Shown here: positions 1-10,342 of the stretch, piece after piece
Numbering within the stretch: position 1 is the stretch's first letter
How the letters are laid out: every line of letters begins with the position of its first letter
DNA from: Nitrospirota bacterium
GTDB lineage: Bacteria; Nitrospirota; UBA9217
Assembly: GCA_963845065.1 (NCBI GenBank)
Contig: CAWJQQ010000001.1
Coordinates: forward strand, 128,001-192,000
Length of the DNA stretch: 64,000 nt
Direction of reading: 5' to 3'
The notes under the pieces: generated by a model
Seen by the model: the letters and a program-made list of their open reading frames with translations, nothing else
The model's database searches: none
Told to the model about the DNA's origin: nothing
Translations under genes and position numbers: made by a program

Positions 1-37
1 GATAGAGAAGGGTTCCGTATTATGACATCCTGCAATT

Positions 38-1843
38 ATGGTTAGGGCAATGTTCGACATCATGATGAGACCCATGCGGCAAGGGGGTTTTTTGCTCCTC
101 TGCGTCCTGACTGGCGCGATTGCCGGGTTGGGCGCCGTTGTTTTTCGCACTCTTATCGCACTGATGCACAATGTACTCTTTTACGGCAGTCTATCCATCA
201 TTTATGATGCAAACGCGCACACTGTTGCCAGCACTTGGGGCCCCTTCGTTATCCTTGTCCCGGTGATCGGTTCGCTGGGGGTTACTTTCCTCGTCACACA
301 TTTTGCTCCGGAAGCGAAGGGGCACGGTGTTCCCGAGGTGATGGATGCCGTGTACTACGGCAAAGGCATGATCCGTCCCCTCGTCGCCGTGTTCAAGTCA
401 CTTGCCTCGGCGCTTTCCATCGGAAGCGGCGGGTCCGTAGGAAGGGAAGGGCCGATTGCCCAAATCGGATCGGCATTCGGCTCTACTATGGGCCAGCTCC
501 TATCTATGACGACGAAGCAGCGCATCACACTAATCGCTGCTGGCGCAGGAGGGGGCATCGCCGCGACCTTTAACACGCCCATCGGAGGCATTTTATTTGC
601 CGTTGAACTCCTGCTGCAAGAAGTGAGTGTGGCGACCTTGGTGCCAGTGGCGATTACCACGGTCACGGCAACGTACGTGGGTCAGCTTTTCTTTGGGGTC
701 CATCCGTCGTTTGTCATACCTGCACTTCAGCAGCCCTATTTCCATCCACTTGATCCCTGGCTACTCGTCCCTTATGCCGCGCTCGGCTTACTCATGGGTC
801 TTGCTTCTACGGTGTTTATTCATTCGCTTTATCTGACCGAAGACTTTTTTGAGAAACGCACGGTGAACAACCCCTATCTGCGGCATGCTGTGGGCATGCT
901 GGCCGTGGGCGGGTTGATGTACAGCCTTATGTCAGCAACGGGCCATTATTATGTCGACGGTGTCGGCTATTCGACGGTTCAGGACATCCTGACAGGAGAC
1001 ATGAGTGCCGTCCATCTTCTCGTACTGTTGTTCTTTTTAAAGCTTCTAGCGACATCCCTGACCCTGGGGTCAGGAGGCTCGGGCGGAATCTTCTCACCGT
1101 CTCTATTCCTGGGCGCAACCGCTGGAGGCGCATTCGGGATTGTTCTCAAACATGTGTTCCCGCAAGCACCGGTAAGTCCGGCTGCTTTCGCCGTCGCCGG
1201 GATGGCGGGCATGGTTGGCGGCGCTACGGGTGCGGCCATGACAGCGATAGTCATGATCTTTGAGATGACCTTGGATTATAGCGTCATCATGCCGATGACG
1301 ATTACCGTGGTGCTGAGCTACGGCACGCGCGCACTGCTTACTCGGGAAAGCATATACACAATGAAGCTCTCTCGCCGGGATCACTACATTCCCGCCGCCT
1401 TGCAGGCTAATTTGCTCCATGTTCGGCGGGCGCGGAACATTATGCAAACGCCTGTCGTGATGGTATCATCATCGGACAGTCTTGATGTTCTCGCCCATCG
1501 CTCAACGGAGCACCCGGATGTGCGATGGTTCCTCGTCGTGGATGATGGTCACGTTAGCGGTGTCGTTCCGAGGGATTATGCACTGTCTGCGCCTGAAATC
1601 GAGCGTAGGGGCTGGCACTCCGTTGCTGACATTATGAGGCTCGACTTCATCCTAGCCCACGAGGAAGAGACGATGGATAGCATTGTGGCCCACCTGCACC
1701 GGCCACACGCCGCAGTGGCCATCGTGCTCAGGCAGCCAGGATCGCCTCCGTATGCAGTTGACGTCACCGGTATTATTACTTGGGAACGAATTGCGGAGCT
1801 TCTGGAGGAAACAGTTGAACTTTATTCAGACGTGCATGATTAG
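38..1843 (+). CDS. ClC-family chloride channel / H+/Cl- antiporter with C-terminal CBS domains
   Basis: GHGVPEV, GGSVGREGP and GGIFSP ClC signature motifs; hydrophilic CBS-like C-terminus. Confidence 0.93.
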   Translation: MVRAMFDIMMRPMRQGGFLLLCVLTGAIAGLGAVVFRTLIALMHNVLFYGSLSIIYDANAHTVASTWGPFVILVPVIGSLGVTFLVTHFAPEAKGHGVPEVMDAVYYGKGMIRPLVAVFKSLASALSIGSGGSVGREGPIAQIGSAFGSTMGQLLSMTTKQRITLIAAGAGGGIAATFNTPIGGILFAVELLLQEVSVATLVPVAITTVTATYVGQLFFGVHPSFVIPALQQPYFHPLDPWLLVPYAALGLLMGLASTVFIHSLYLTEDFFEKRTVNNPYLRHAVGMLAVGGLMYSLMSATGHYYVDGVGYSTVQDILTGDMSAVHLLVLLFFLKLLATSLTLGSGGSGGIFSPSLFLGATAGGAFGIVLKHVFPQAPVSPAAFAVAGMAGMVGGATGAAMTAIVMIFEMTLDYSVIMPMTITVVLSYGTRALLTRESIYTMKLSRRDHYIPAALQANLLHVRRARNIMQTPVVMVSSSDSLDVLAHRSTEHPDVRWFLVVDDGHVSGVVPRDYALSAPEIERRGWHSVADIMRLDFILAHEEETMDSIVAHLHRPHAAVAIVLRQPGSPPYAVDVTGIITWERIAELLEETVELYSDVHD

Positions 1844-2177
1844 CTTACCCGCCGTTTCCCTGCATGCCTTTTCCGATATGTCATGCTTGATGAGAGCGCC
1901 ACAAAAATTATATCTTCCACAGTCGGCCCTGACTGAATCGTTCCGAATAACCGATAGATACAATGGCTCGCACTCCGGGAACAAGGATCCAAAGCGTGTT
2001 ACGGTTACCGCCTGACCCAGACCGTCTGATATAGTGTCTTTTTTCGACCTTTGACATATTTCTTTGTAGGCATTCTCACTTGTCAAGTATCGAGAAGCGT
2101 CCTCCCATAGGTCTTCTTAATCTCTTGTACAGGGCTATACTTTAATTATTCAGAACAAACGTACTGAAGGAAAAAAG

Positions 2178-2603
2178 GTGAATCGTATGATCATCGATCT
2201 GAACAAGAAGGAACGGGACTTACTCGTTTATGAACTGGAGGAGACGACGGCCCCGCAGATCAGGGAGCTGGTAGCCTCGGGTATGCGGAAGAATAGCCAC
2301 GATAAGCTGAAAAGGGACGAGGAAATACTGAAGAAGGTCCCCGCTCCACCACTCAAGGGATTTATCCTAGGCAAACTGGTGGGTTTTCTCCATCATGATG
2401 TTACGATAATCTATGATGAAATCCGGAGGCTCATGGCCGATTTACTTTACACAGATTCCCCGCCTTGTGGAAAGACAAAGTTAACAGACTGGTTGAAAGA
2501 AAATTCGGTAAATGTCGGCTTACGTTATAGTAATGAGTCGAAGAGAAGAAACAATGGAATAAAGCCCTGTCAGATGTTTGATGATTGGATAAAAACGAGT
2601 TAG
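2178..2603 (+). CDS. hypothetical protein, possibly chimeric/degenerate
   Basis: ORF with RBS-like AAGG; helical N-terminal ~50 aa look real, remainder unrecognised. Confidence 0.3.
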   Translation: MNRMIIDLNKKERDLLVYELEETTAPQIRELVASGMRKNSHDKLKRDEEILKKVPAPPLKGFILGKLVGFLHHDVTIIYDEIRRLMADLLYTDSPPCGKTKLTDWLKENSVNVGLRYSNESKRRNNGIKPCQMFDDWIKTS

Positions 2604-2614
2604 TCAGGATGACA

Positions 2615-2815
2615 ACTACAGAATGGAAATTACACACCTGACAAAACTGTGCAATGTGCATAGTTCAGGATGGATTCGTTGACAGAAAACTTTATTCCTA
2701 AATGCAAAGACACAAATTGAATTCTGCACCACGCTAATATTATATGAAACTCGGCTTCACCTACAAGGTTGCACCCGTGATCGACAAATAGGATGTGCGG
2801 AATATCACTTGTAAA
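2615..2815 (+). repeat. dispersed intergenic element, long subtype
   Basis: TTCAGGATGG 2664, GAATTCTGCACC 2719, CACCTACAAG 2758, TGCGGAATAT 2796; aligns along its length with 11985-12160. Confidence 0.85.
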
Positions 2816-2907
2816 TTAGCAAGATCGCTGCCGCGAGGGGCGAGTCTTTCAGCGACCCTCTCGACGCGATTGGATCGGCATTTGTTTAAAACGGCTGCAA
2901 AATATAT

Positions 2908-3300
2908 TTACCCTACAGAAGCCTTGACCCCGCATGCCGTACGCTCGAGTTTTTTCCCTTTTCCCGTCTTCCCGTTTTGCATCATGTATTTTGCGCCCCA
3001 CTTGTGCATCGAATCAAGAATAGGGCGCAGGCTAGTTCCAATGTCGGTGAGCGAGTATTCAACGCGAGGCGGGACCTCCGGGTAGATCTTCCGACTGACA
3101 AGGTTGTCTTCCTCCATCTGCCTGAGTTGCTGCGTCAGCATCTTCTGGCTGATGTTCGGGACGCCCCGGAAAAGTTCGCCGAAGCGCCTGGTACCTTTGA
3201 ACAACTCACGCAAAATTAGCACCTTCCACTTGTTCCCGAGGAGCGCGAGCGTTATTTCCACCGGGCAGCCGACTTGTTCGTTTTCCATTGTATCCTCCAT
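2908..3300 (-). CDS. HxlR-family winged-helix transcriptional regulator
   Basis: CPVEITL..LGNKWK..ILREL..G..RFGEL...ISQKMLTQQLR...YPEVPPRVEYSLT. Confidence 0.95.
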   Translation of the reverse strand: MEDTMENEQVGCPVEITLALLGNKWKVLILRELFKGTRRFGELFRGVPNISQKMLTQQLRQMEEDNLVSRKIYPEVPPRVEYSLTDIGTSLRPILDSMHKWGAKYMMQNGKTGKGKKLERTACGVKASVG

Positions 3301-3477
3301 ACTTACCTTTTGGTAAGTACATTACAAAAAAGTGCCTACTTGTATTATGAATGTAACTGCCATAACATACGCCAGCAGCTTAAATGAATCAAGTGGTAAA
3401 AACAGGAGTCTAGCCGAACGCGTGCGGCAAAATGCCCGACCACTTGATCCATGCAAACCCAAAAAAGGAGATTTAAA

Positions 3478-3699
3478 ATGAACGGAAACAAGCCTGTCGA
3501 AATGGAACTGGAAGCGGGGACTTATTACTGGTGTGATTGCGGACTGAGCGGAACGGGGCCTTTCTGTGACGGGTCCCACAAGGCCTCCGGCAAATCGCCG
3601 GTCCAATTCGTAGTGACGGAAAAGAAGAAGGTTTGGCTCTGCAATTGCGGACGCACTAAGACCCCGCCGTACTGCGATGGGGCACATGGGAAGAAGTAA
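3478..3699 (+). CDS. CDGSH iron-sulfur domain protein (two domains)
   Basis: WCDCGLS..PFCDGSH and LCNCGRT..PYCDGAH; AGGAG RBS before ATG 3478. Confidence 0.93.
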   Translation: MNGNKPVEMELEAGTYYWCDCGLSGTGPFCDGSHKASGKSPVQFVVTEKKKVWLCNCGRTKTPPYCDGAHGKK

Positions 3700-3758
3700 G
3701 GGTTTTATGTTTTTACCTTATGAATTAAAACAGAAAAGAATAACCACAAGGAGAACCT

Positions 3759-4208
3759 ATGTTAAAGAAAATAATACAGACAAATAGTGACACATCGATC
3801 CTGATCCTCAGGGTCTTGCTTGGAATCGTGTTTCTCCCGCATGGGCTGCAAAAGGTTTTCGGATCGTTCGGGGGGTATGGGTATACTGGAACTATGGGAT
3901 ATTTTACCGGGACGCTTGGGATCCCGGCGCTGTTCGCCTTTCTGGCGATCGCATCTGAGTTTCTTGGGTCTTTAGGTCTGATTACCGGGTTATTCACTAG
4001 AATCGCGGCTTTTGGTATTGGCGTCGAGATTTCGATTGCAGCACTCATGCTTCATGTTAAGAATGGTTTTTTCATGAACTGGTTCGGTAATCAGAAGGGC
4101 GAAGGGTTTGAGTACCACATCCTTGTTGTTGCAATCGCTGCAGCACTAGTGATCAAAGGTGGTGGAAAATGGTCTCTCGACCGAGTGCTCGTACGGCAAG
4201 ATAACTAA
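3759..4208 (+). CDS. DoxX-family membrane protein
   Basis: LRVLLG..F..HG.QK.FG, HV.NGFFMNW, GFEYH, GGGKWSLD. Confidence 0.92.
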   Translation: MLKKIIQTNSDTSILILRVLLGIVFLPHGLQKVFGSFGGYGYTGTMGYFTGTLGIPALFAFLAIASEFLGSLGLITGLFTRIAAFGIGVEISIAALMLHVKNGFFMNWFGNQKGEGFEYHILVVAIAAALVIKGGGKWSLDRVLVRQDN

Positions 4209-4305
4209 CGGTGCCTAACCAGATTAGGTGAGTATACAGCATCGGTACACGCTGGTTGGCGGTTCCATCAACGGGCCGGCTGAAGTTATCGGCCCGATTT
4301 TTTTT

Positions 4306-4435
4306 TAAAGTATGGACAGCGCACTACAATTTGTATCCGATATTCTGTACCTCGACCAAAATAAGGACCTCTGTGAGGTACACCTACTAGCTTGCACATA
4401 TGTTGACTAAAATTCAATGCACAATACTGGTTGAT
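4306..4435 (+). repeat. dispersed intergenic element, short subtype
   Basis: GATATTCTGTACC 4339, CACCTACTAG 4381, TGCACAATAC 4418. Confidence 0.75.
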
Positions 4436-4500
4436 AATTACATATGAACGCTGGCGTGAGGGACGACCCTCTCGACGCGACAAGTATAGACCCCGTGACG

Positions 4501-5709
4501 TTAGTTATTTCTTGAATGATCTCCTGCTGAAGAATCTTCGCTCCGAAACAGCTGTACTGCCAGAATTGAAAGGCATAATTGAGCAACAGCAAAGACGGCA
4601 AGCGCTGTATCGAATCCATGCTTTAGCAGTAGCTCAAAGGCCAGAGCCCCCAAACCGAAACCGCTGAATAAGGAAAAGGCGTTCATGCCCATTGCGAGGC
4701 CCCGCCGAGAAGGATTAAGCGAAGTAATGATTCCAGCCAAGAGGGGGTGGCTCATGTCGTATCCCAAAGAGAGAATCGCAATGATCACTGCTGGCCAGAG
4801 TAGTGGTGCCCGTGGAATGAGTGCTGCTCCGCAGAGGGCGCCAATCAGGATGCCTAATGGGATTATGCGCTTTCTCCCGACACGATCCGCAACACGTCCG
4901 ATGACCGGCCCCAATAGCATTCCTGGAACGCCATAACCCAGCAGGGCTAGGCCAATCCCTTCATCGCCGAGACGATAGCGTTCCGAGAAATATAGACCAA
5001 GCCAGGTGAAGACTCCGGAATGGAACATGCCATTGAGAAGGATATAGGCATACGTTTTTGCTCCTCTTGAACTGGTTAAGAGCGACCAGTATCCAGCAAT
5101 CGCCTTAGCAGGGCTTAACGGATGTACGACGATTTCGCCCTCGAGAAAGTGACGAAGGCGAATTGCAAAGGCCAGAACGGTTGCAATGAGACAGGCCGTT
5201 ATAAGGAACTCTCCGCGCCAGCCAATAATGGGATTCAACAAGGCCCCGAGGCTTGATCCGAAAGCCATGCCTCCGGCTATCGCACCAAACATCCACCCTA
5301 TGGGCCGGCCGCGTTGTTCATAAGGAAAGAGATCTCCGAGAAGAGCCAGAGCGATTGGTACGATTCCTCCGCTTGTGATCCCGCCTAGTAGACGCCATAC
5401 CATCATCTGAGACGCAGTATAAGCTGTCGCCACCCCGGCTATCGTTACGACCATTAGCCCCAGCAGCGCGAGAATAACCGGCTTCCTGCCAACCCGGTCA
5501 GAAATCGGTCCATAGAACAGAGTCGATATGCCATAGGGCAGCATATACGCAGGAACGAGCATGCCAAGGAAATCCGTAGACTCGTGAAACTGTATTGAGA
5601 GCGACGGGATGAGCGGGGCTACAAGATACGCCTGGAAGAATATGAGAAAGGCCGCCGCTGACATTACACGCAGCACCGCTTCACGCTTGCTACCAGAATC
5701 GTATGACAT
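4501..5709 (-). CDS. MFS transporter
   Basis: 12-TM profile; motif A GPISDRVGRKP and GRVADRVGRKR. Confidence 0.92.
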   Translation of the reverse strand: MSYDSGSKREAVLRVMSAAAFLIFFQAYLVAPLIPSLSIQFHESTDFLGMLVPAYMLPYGISTLFYGPISDRVGRKPVILALLGLMVVTIAGVATAYTASQMMVWRLLGGITSGGIVPIALALLGDLFPYEQRGRPIGWMFGAIAGGMAFGSSLGALLNPIIGWRGEFLITACLIATVLAFAIRLRHFLEGEIVVHPLSPAKAIAGYWSLLTSSRGAKTYAYILLNGMFHSGVFTWLGLYFSERYRLGDEGIGLALLGYGVPGMLLGPVIGRVADRVGRKRIIPLGILIGALCGAALIPRAPLLWPAVIIAILSLGYDMSHPLLAGIITSLNPSRRGLAMGMNAFSLFSGFGLGALAFELLLKHGFDTALAVFAVAQLCLSILAVQLFRSEDSSAGDHSRNN

Positions 5710-5899
5710 TCTGGCTGGTCCTCCTATAATTTATTCCGTATTCGGCCCGCTTATGAGTTGCTTGATGCCGGGCATTGTTGTTCATCCCTTTTCGTTGTGA
5801 GTTAAAACCACTGAACTTATTGGAAAGTATATCATTTTTTTTAATAGCAGCTCGAGGAGGAAGTCAGGGATTGACAACAACACGTTTTCGTCTGAGGAA

Positions 5900-5995
5900 G
5901 TCATATTCGTGACTGATCTAATGGTCCTGCTGCTCCGAGCAGCATCTACAAAAAAAGTAGCCATCTTAAACGAGAAGCGATGTCGATTATGAATT
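5900..5995 (+). repeat. dispersed intergenic element, degenerate copy
   Basis: CATATTCGTGAC, CATCTACAAA 5943, then a TGTCGATTAT E-like box at the expected distance. Confidence 0.4.
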
Positions 5996-6377
5996 GATAG
6001 ATGTTGACGAAGAAGTGATGAGCACCTTTATTTCACATGTCCATTTCGGTTGCTACGTCTACTACCTGATCCTCTATCTGTCAATAATAGAGAAGCGACT
6101 CTCTGCGTTTTCGCGAATTTGAGACAACGACATTTCTATGCCGCTTGTGCCACTCCAATCGCCGCTGCCGCTAGTCCTCAATAATTACTATAACTTTTAA
6201 TACCAAGGTTGTAACAGGGGGAGAACATCAACAGCAACACGCTCGGGACGAATATCAAAAAGTGTACACTTGCAAGGCCTTGTAATTGACAACTCTTCAT
6301 ACCTATGATTAAATTTTAAAAATCTCCGAATAAAGCCAAGAATTAGGTTTGAAGTTGAATGTTAAGGCGAATAAGAA

Positions 6378-6878
6378 ATGGATAAACCGAAAGAAATCGC
6401 GACGCCCGCTGAAGGAGCTGAAGCCCGGACATCGGCCGATCGTCTGATAGACCTCGAAAAAGCGCTACGGGAGAAAGAAGATCTCTATCTACGCGCCCTC
6501 GCTGATCTGGATAATTATAGGAAAAGGGTGGATAGAGAGATGAAAGAGGTCGAGAGAAGGACAAAGAAAGCCCTCCTGTTAGATCTACTTGAGGTAGTAG
6601 ATAATCTGGAGAGGGCAATCGGTACGGAGGGTAAACACGTCCTTTCCGTGAAAGAGGGGGTCCGGGCCATTCACCGACAGGTGCTGGATATTTTGAAAAG
6701 ATACGGGGTTGTCCAGCTTAAATCTCTCGGAAAGGGATTCGATCCTCATTATCATGAGGCAGCAGGGACGATTGAATCCGAGGCCTTTCCCTCCGGAACA
6801 GTCGGAGTGGAACTGAGGAAGGGATATCTCATGGGAGAAGATCTTTTACGGCCCTCACGTGTCCTGATTGTAAAATAG
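6378..6878 (+). CDS. grpE: nucleotide exchange factor GrpE
   Basis: YLRALADLDNYRKR, LLEVVDNLERA, FDPHYHEA, KGYL..LLRPSRV. Confidence 0.93.
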   Translation: MDKPKEIATPAEGAEARTSADRLIDLEKALREKEDLYLRALADLDNYRKRVDREMKEVERRTKKALLLDLLEVVDNLERAIGTEGKHVLSVKEGVRAIHRQVLDILKRYGVVQLKSLGKGFDPHYHEAAGTIESEAFPSGTVGVELRKGYLMGEDLLRPSRVLIVK

Positions 6879-6906
6879 CGGAAGTGTTGAATAGGGGAAA
6901 AGGCCT

Positions 6907-7890
6907 GTGAAGTTCAGAGACTATTACGAAGTAATGGGTGTGGATCGGAATGCTACCGAAGAAGAAATAAAGACGGCCTTTAGAAAGCTGGCCCGGAAGC
7001 ATCATCCAGATCTTCAGTTAAGCAAGGATAAGAAGGAAGCGGAAGAGAAGTTTAAAGAGCTGAATGAGGCGCATGAAGTCCTGAGTGACCCGGAGAAGCG
7101 GAAGAGATATGATCAGCTTGGAGAGAACTGGAAAGCAGGGCAAACCTTTCAGCCCCCACCGGACTGGAATGTCCGCCAAGACTCCGGTCCCAGTCCTAGA
7201 GGCGAGCAGGAGACTTTTTCCTGGAGTTCAGACGCCGGCGGTTACAGCGATTTTTTTGAGACCCTCTTTGGCCGTGGCTTTCGCGAAGGATTTCAGGGCG
7301 CCCGCGGCGGCCAGCCATTCGTAAGGCAGCAGCAGGGAGCGGACCATGATGCAACGCTCCGGATCTCCTTGGAGGATGCCTATCGCGGAGGCGTCAAAAG
7401 TATCTCGTTACAATTGCAAAAGATCAATCCAGATGGAAACCTTTCCACACAAGAGAAGCATTACGAAGTCAAAATACCTCCGGGAATTCTTTCGGGGCAG
7501 AAGATTCGGCTGGCCGGGCAAGGAGGAGACGGGACAGGGGGCGCTGAAAAGGGGGATCTATATCTGTCGGTCGAAATTGAACCCCATCCTAAATATCGTT
7601 TTGAGGGGCGTGATCTATTCATAGATCTCCCTTTAACACCGTGGGAGGCTGCCCTGGGGGCAGAGGTAGAAGTGAACACGCTTGCAGGTCCTGTCAATTT
7701 GAAAGTCCCTCCTGGCACTCAGAGCGGACAGAAACTGAGGCTCAGGGGCAAAGGGATGTCCAATGTCAATGGAAGCCCGGGTGATCTCTATGCACTGGTT
7801 CAGATTAAGGTGCCAAGAGAGATGTCGACTAAGGAAAAAGAAATGTTTGAGGAGTTAAAAAGGACGTCTTCTTTTAATCCCAGAATTTGA
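6907..7890 (+). CDS. cbpA: DnaJ-class curved DNA-binding protein CbpA
   Basis: J domain with HPD; DnaJ C-terminal domains; no Zn finger; followed by a cbpM-like gene. Confidence 0.88.
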   Translation: MKFRDYYEVMGVDRNATEEEIKTAFRKLARKHHPDLQLSKDKKEAEEKFKELNEAHEVLSDPEKRKRYDQLGENWKAGQTFQPPPDWNVRQDSGPSPRGEQETFSWSSDAGGYSDFFETLFGRGFREGFQGARGGQPFVRQQQGADHDATLRISLEDAYRGGVKSISLQLQKINPDGNLSTQEKHYEVKIPPGILSGQKIRLAGQGGDGTGGAEKGDLYLSVEIEPHPKYRFEGRDLFIDLPLTPWEAALGAEVEVNTLAGPVNLKVPPGTQSGQKLRLRGKGMSNVNGSPGDLYALVQIKVPREMSTKEKEMFEELKRTSSFNPRI

Positions 7891-7942
7891 ACTTTATCGG
7901 AGAATCTGACAGACTATAATAAACGTCGGGAGGAAAGGGGTA

Positions 7943-8269
7943 ATGGAAAAGAGGGAATATCTTCCACTTCCAAACAGGTTCATTACGAACTCATCTTCCT
8001 ATGTCACGTTCAGAGAGGTTTCAAGGCTCTGCGATATTCACCCTAAGATGATAATTCGCCTCGTTCAACTGGGTCTTATCGATCCTCTGGGAAAAGAGAA
8101 GACTGAAGATGCTTGGACTTTTCCAGTTGAAACCATTCAGCTGGTCAGGAAGATCATCAGGCTTCGTAATCAGCTGGGGATCAATTATTCCGGGATTGGC
8201 GTGGTTTTGGAGTTGTTATCACGCATTGAGGCAATGGAAACCCGTATCCGTGAACTGGCAAACGAATGA
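7943..8269 (+). CDS. cbpM: chaperone modulator CbpM (MerR-like)
   Basis: RLRNQLGINYSGIGVVLELL motif; position downstream of cbpA. Confidence 0.85.
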   Translation: MEKREYLPLPNRFITNSSSYVTFREVSRLCDIHPKMIIRLVQLGLIDPLGKEKTEDAWTFPVETIQLVRKIIRLRNQLGINYSGIGVVLELLSRIEAMETRIRELANE

Positions 8270-8489
8270 GCATGAAACTCCATCAACGTCACTCGAGAGA
8301 AGCGTCCTGTTTCGATGCTAAACCTCCGCTATTTTATTATTGTCTTATCGCGTATAGATGAAGAAGTTGTTCTCAATAGTATTTACTCAAGATCAGAAAA
8401 TTCTCGATGGATCTTTTCGATATTCTCCCCGTAAGCGCGACCGTTCCCGTACTCGCAGCTTCGGTAGCCACGTGAATTCCTTTCCTCCC

Positions 8490-8655
8490 TTGTGCGATCG
8501 GACTCGCTGCGTTTTTGACTGATCAGTTTTATTCTCCGGCTGAGATCATCATGGACGATAACCGCCAGGAAGTCTCAAGAAAGTTTGGAGTGACGAAGAC
8601 CGTTAATAGTGGAGGCAGGAAGGCGGTTTCGAGGGTCATGGACTTCACCTCGCAC
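8490..8655 (+). pseudogene. internal fragment of a zinc-dependent alcohol dehydrogenase
   Basis: translates AIGLAAFLTDQFYSPAEIIMDDNRQEVSRKFGVTKTVNSG, resembling the NAD-binding region of MDR Zn-ADHs; no start or end. Confidence 0.55.
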
Positions 8656-9114
8656 CTATCAGGTTGCCATCGGATCCGGCATGGTGGTACTGAATCGTGA
8701 CCTATATTCAACCAATAAGGCATCCGCGCTCACGTTTACGGTTTATCGTGCATCATGATTTCCTCTCCCAGACCTATTCCGCCTTATCCAAACCGCGTGC
8801 AGTTTGAGCTTTATAACACATAATTGCGAGAAAAGACGTTTTCTATGCCTGACGGAGAAGTTGACAGAATTTTTAACTTTCGTTAGCTTGACTATGATCA
8901 TTCTGCGTAATAGACTTGGATATATCAATCAGAAGGACAGTTTGTATGCTCGATTCAAAATGATAATGATGATTCCTGGCATTGACAGCCCTCCTCTGGG
9001 GACAAACCAGTACCGCCACGAATCCATTCTTTTTACTTGTAACTGTATCGAAGGTTCTTTTATTTCCCTGTTGCCCACATCACAAAGACGCTTTCAAAAA
9101 AAGGAGGACTGCAG

Positions 9115-10029
9115 ATGACAGAAAACAGAAAGATCAGGAAAGTATTTAAAAGCAAGCCTACACTCGAAGGAGCGGGCGTCCATCTCAGGCGGGTTTTCGG
9201 AAACAGCGAGGTTCCGCTCTTCGATCCGTTCCTGATGCTCGACGATTTTCGCAACACCGATCCCCATCACTACATCAAAGGTTTTCCCTGGCACCCTCAT
9301 CGAGGTATCGAGACGATTACGTATGTTCTAAAAGGTGACGTCGCGCATGGCGACAGCATGGGAAACAAGGGCATCATCACGTCGGGTGACATGCAGTGGA
9401 TGACTGCGGGGAGCGGCATCATTCATCAGGAGATGCCTAAGGGAGACAGCGAAGGCATAATGGATGGATTTCAGCTTTGGGCCAACCTCCCAAAATCCCA
9501 CAAGATGATGGATCCCCGGTACCGCGATATAAAGAGCTCGCAGGTGCCAGAGGTCATGATGAAGAGCGGCGCGAAGGTCAAGGTCATCTGCGGGACCGTG
9601 GAGAGGAAGCAGGGCCCGGTAAGGGACATCGTCATCGAGCCCGAGTATCTCGATGTCGCGCTCCCAGCCCTTTCCGAGTTCATACACAAGACCCCTCGCG
9701 GTCACACGGTCTTCGCCTACGTGATCGGCGGCAAAGGTGTTTTCTGCAATGAGAGGAATCCCTACGCCTACGATGTTGAGGGAGTAAACTATTTCGACAT
9801 GGAGCGCGATCAATTCATCCATAACGGAATGGCGGTACTTTTCGGCGACGGCGATCAGGTGACCATCTCTGCCCAGGACTTACCGGTACGCTTTCTGCTC
9901 ATATCAGGAAAACCCATCGGCGAACCTGTGGCCTGGTACGGCCCGATCGTGATGAATACCGATGAAGAGCTGCAGCTGGCGTTTGAAGAGTATCAGAACG
10001 GAACGTTTATAAAGCATCGAAATTTGTAG
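9115..10029 (+). CDS. pirin family protein
   Basis: DPFLMLDDF, GFPWHPHRGIETITY, QWMTAGSGIIHQEMP, GPIVMNT. Confidence 0.96.
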   Translation: MTENRKIRKVFKSKPTLEGAGVHLRRVFGNSEVPLFDPFLMLDDFRNTDPHHYIKGFPWHPHRGIETITYVLKGDVAHGDSMGNKGIITSGDMQWMTAGSGIIHQEMPKGDSEGIMDGFQLWANLPKSHKMMDPRYRDIKSSQVPEVMMKSGAKVKVICGTVERKQGPVRDIVIEPEYLDVALPALSEFIHKTPRGHTVFAYVIGGKGVFCNERNPYAYDVEGVNYFDMERDQFIHNGMAVLFGDGDQVTISAQDLPVRFLLISGKPIGEPVAWYGPIVMNTDEELQLAFEEYQNGTFIKHRNL

Positions 10030-10342
10030 TAAGGTTTACTTCCCATAACAGTGACATGGGAGGCAGATTGTGAGGCTGCGATTTGCCACGCATCAGGTAA
10101 TCATGGATTCATGAATTCAATGCGTATAGAGACTCTCAACCGTTAACGAAAATTCTTTTTGTGGTTAAACGGTGTTAGTATGCCGTCTAAGGCGCATGCC
10201 GCTACGTTGCGCACAGCACAGCACACATCTTTCTATTAGGAGAGGGGTGGCCCATAGGCTTGATTCACTGCAGACGAAGGCCTACGACTAGGTCGAGGGG
10301 CCATCAATTGGCAATCTGATACCAATAGATCATGGGGACGTA

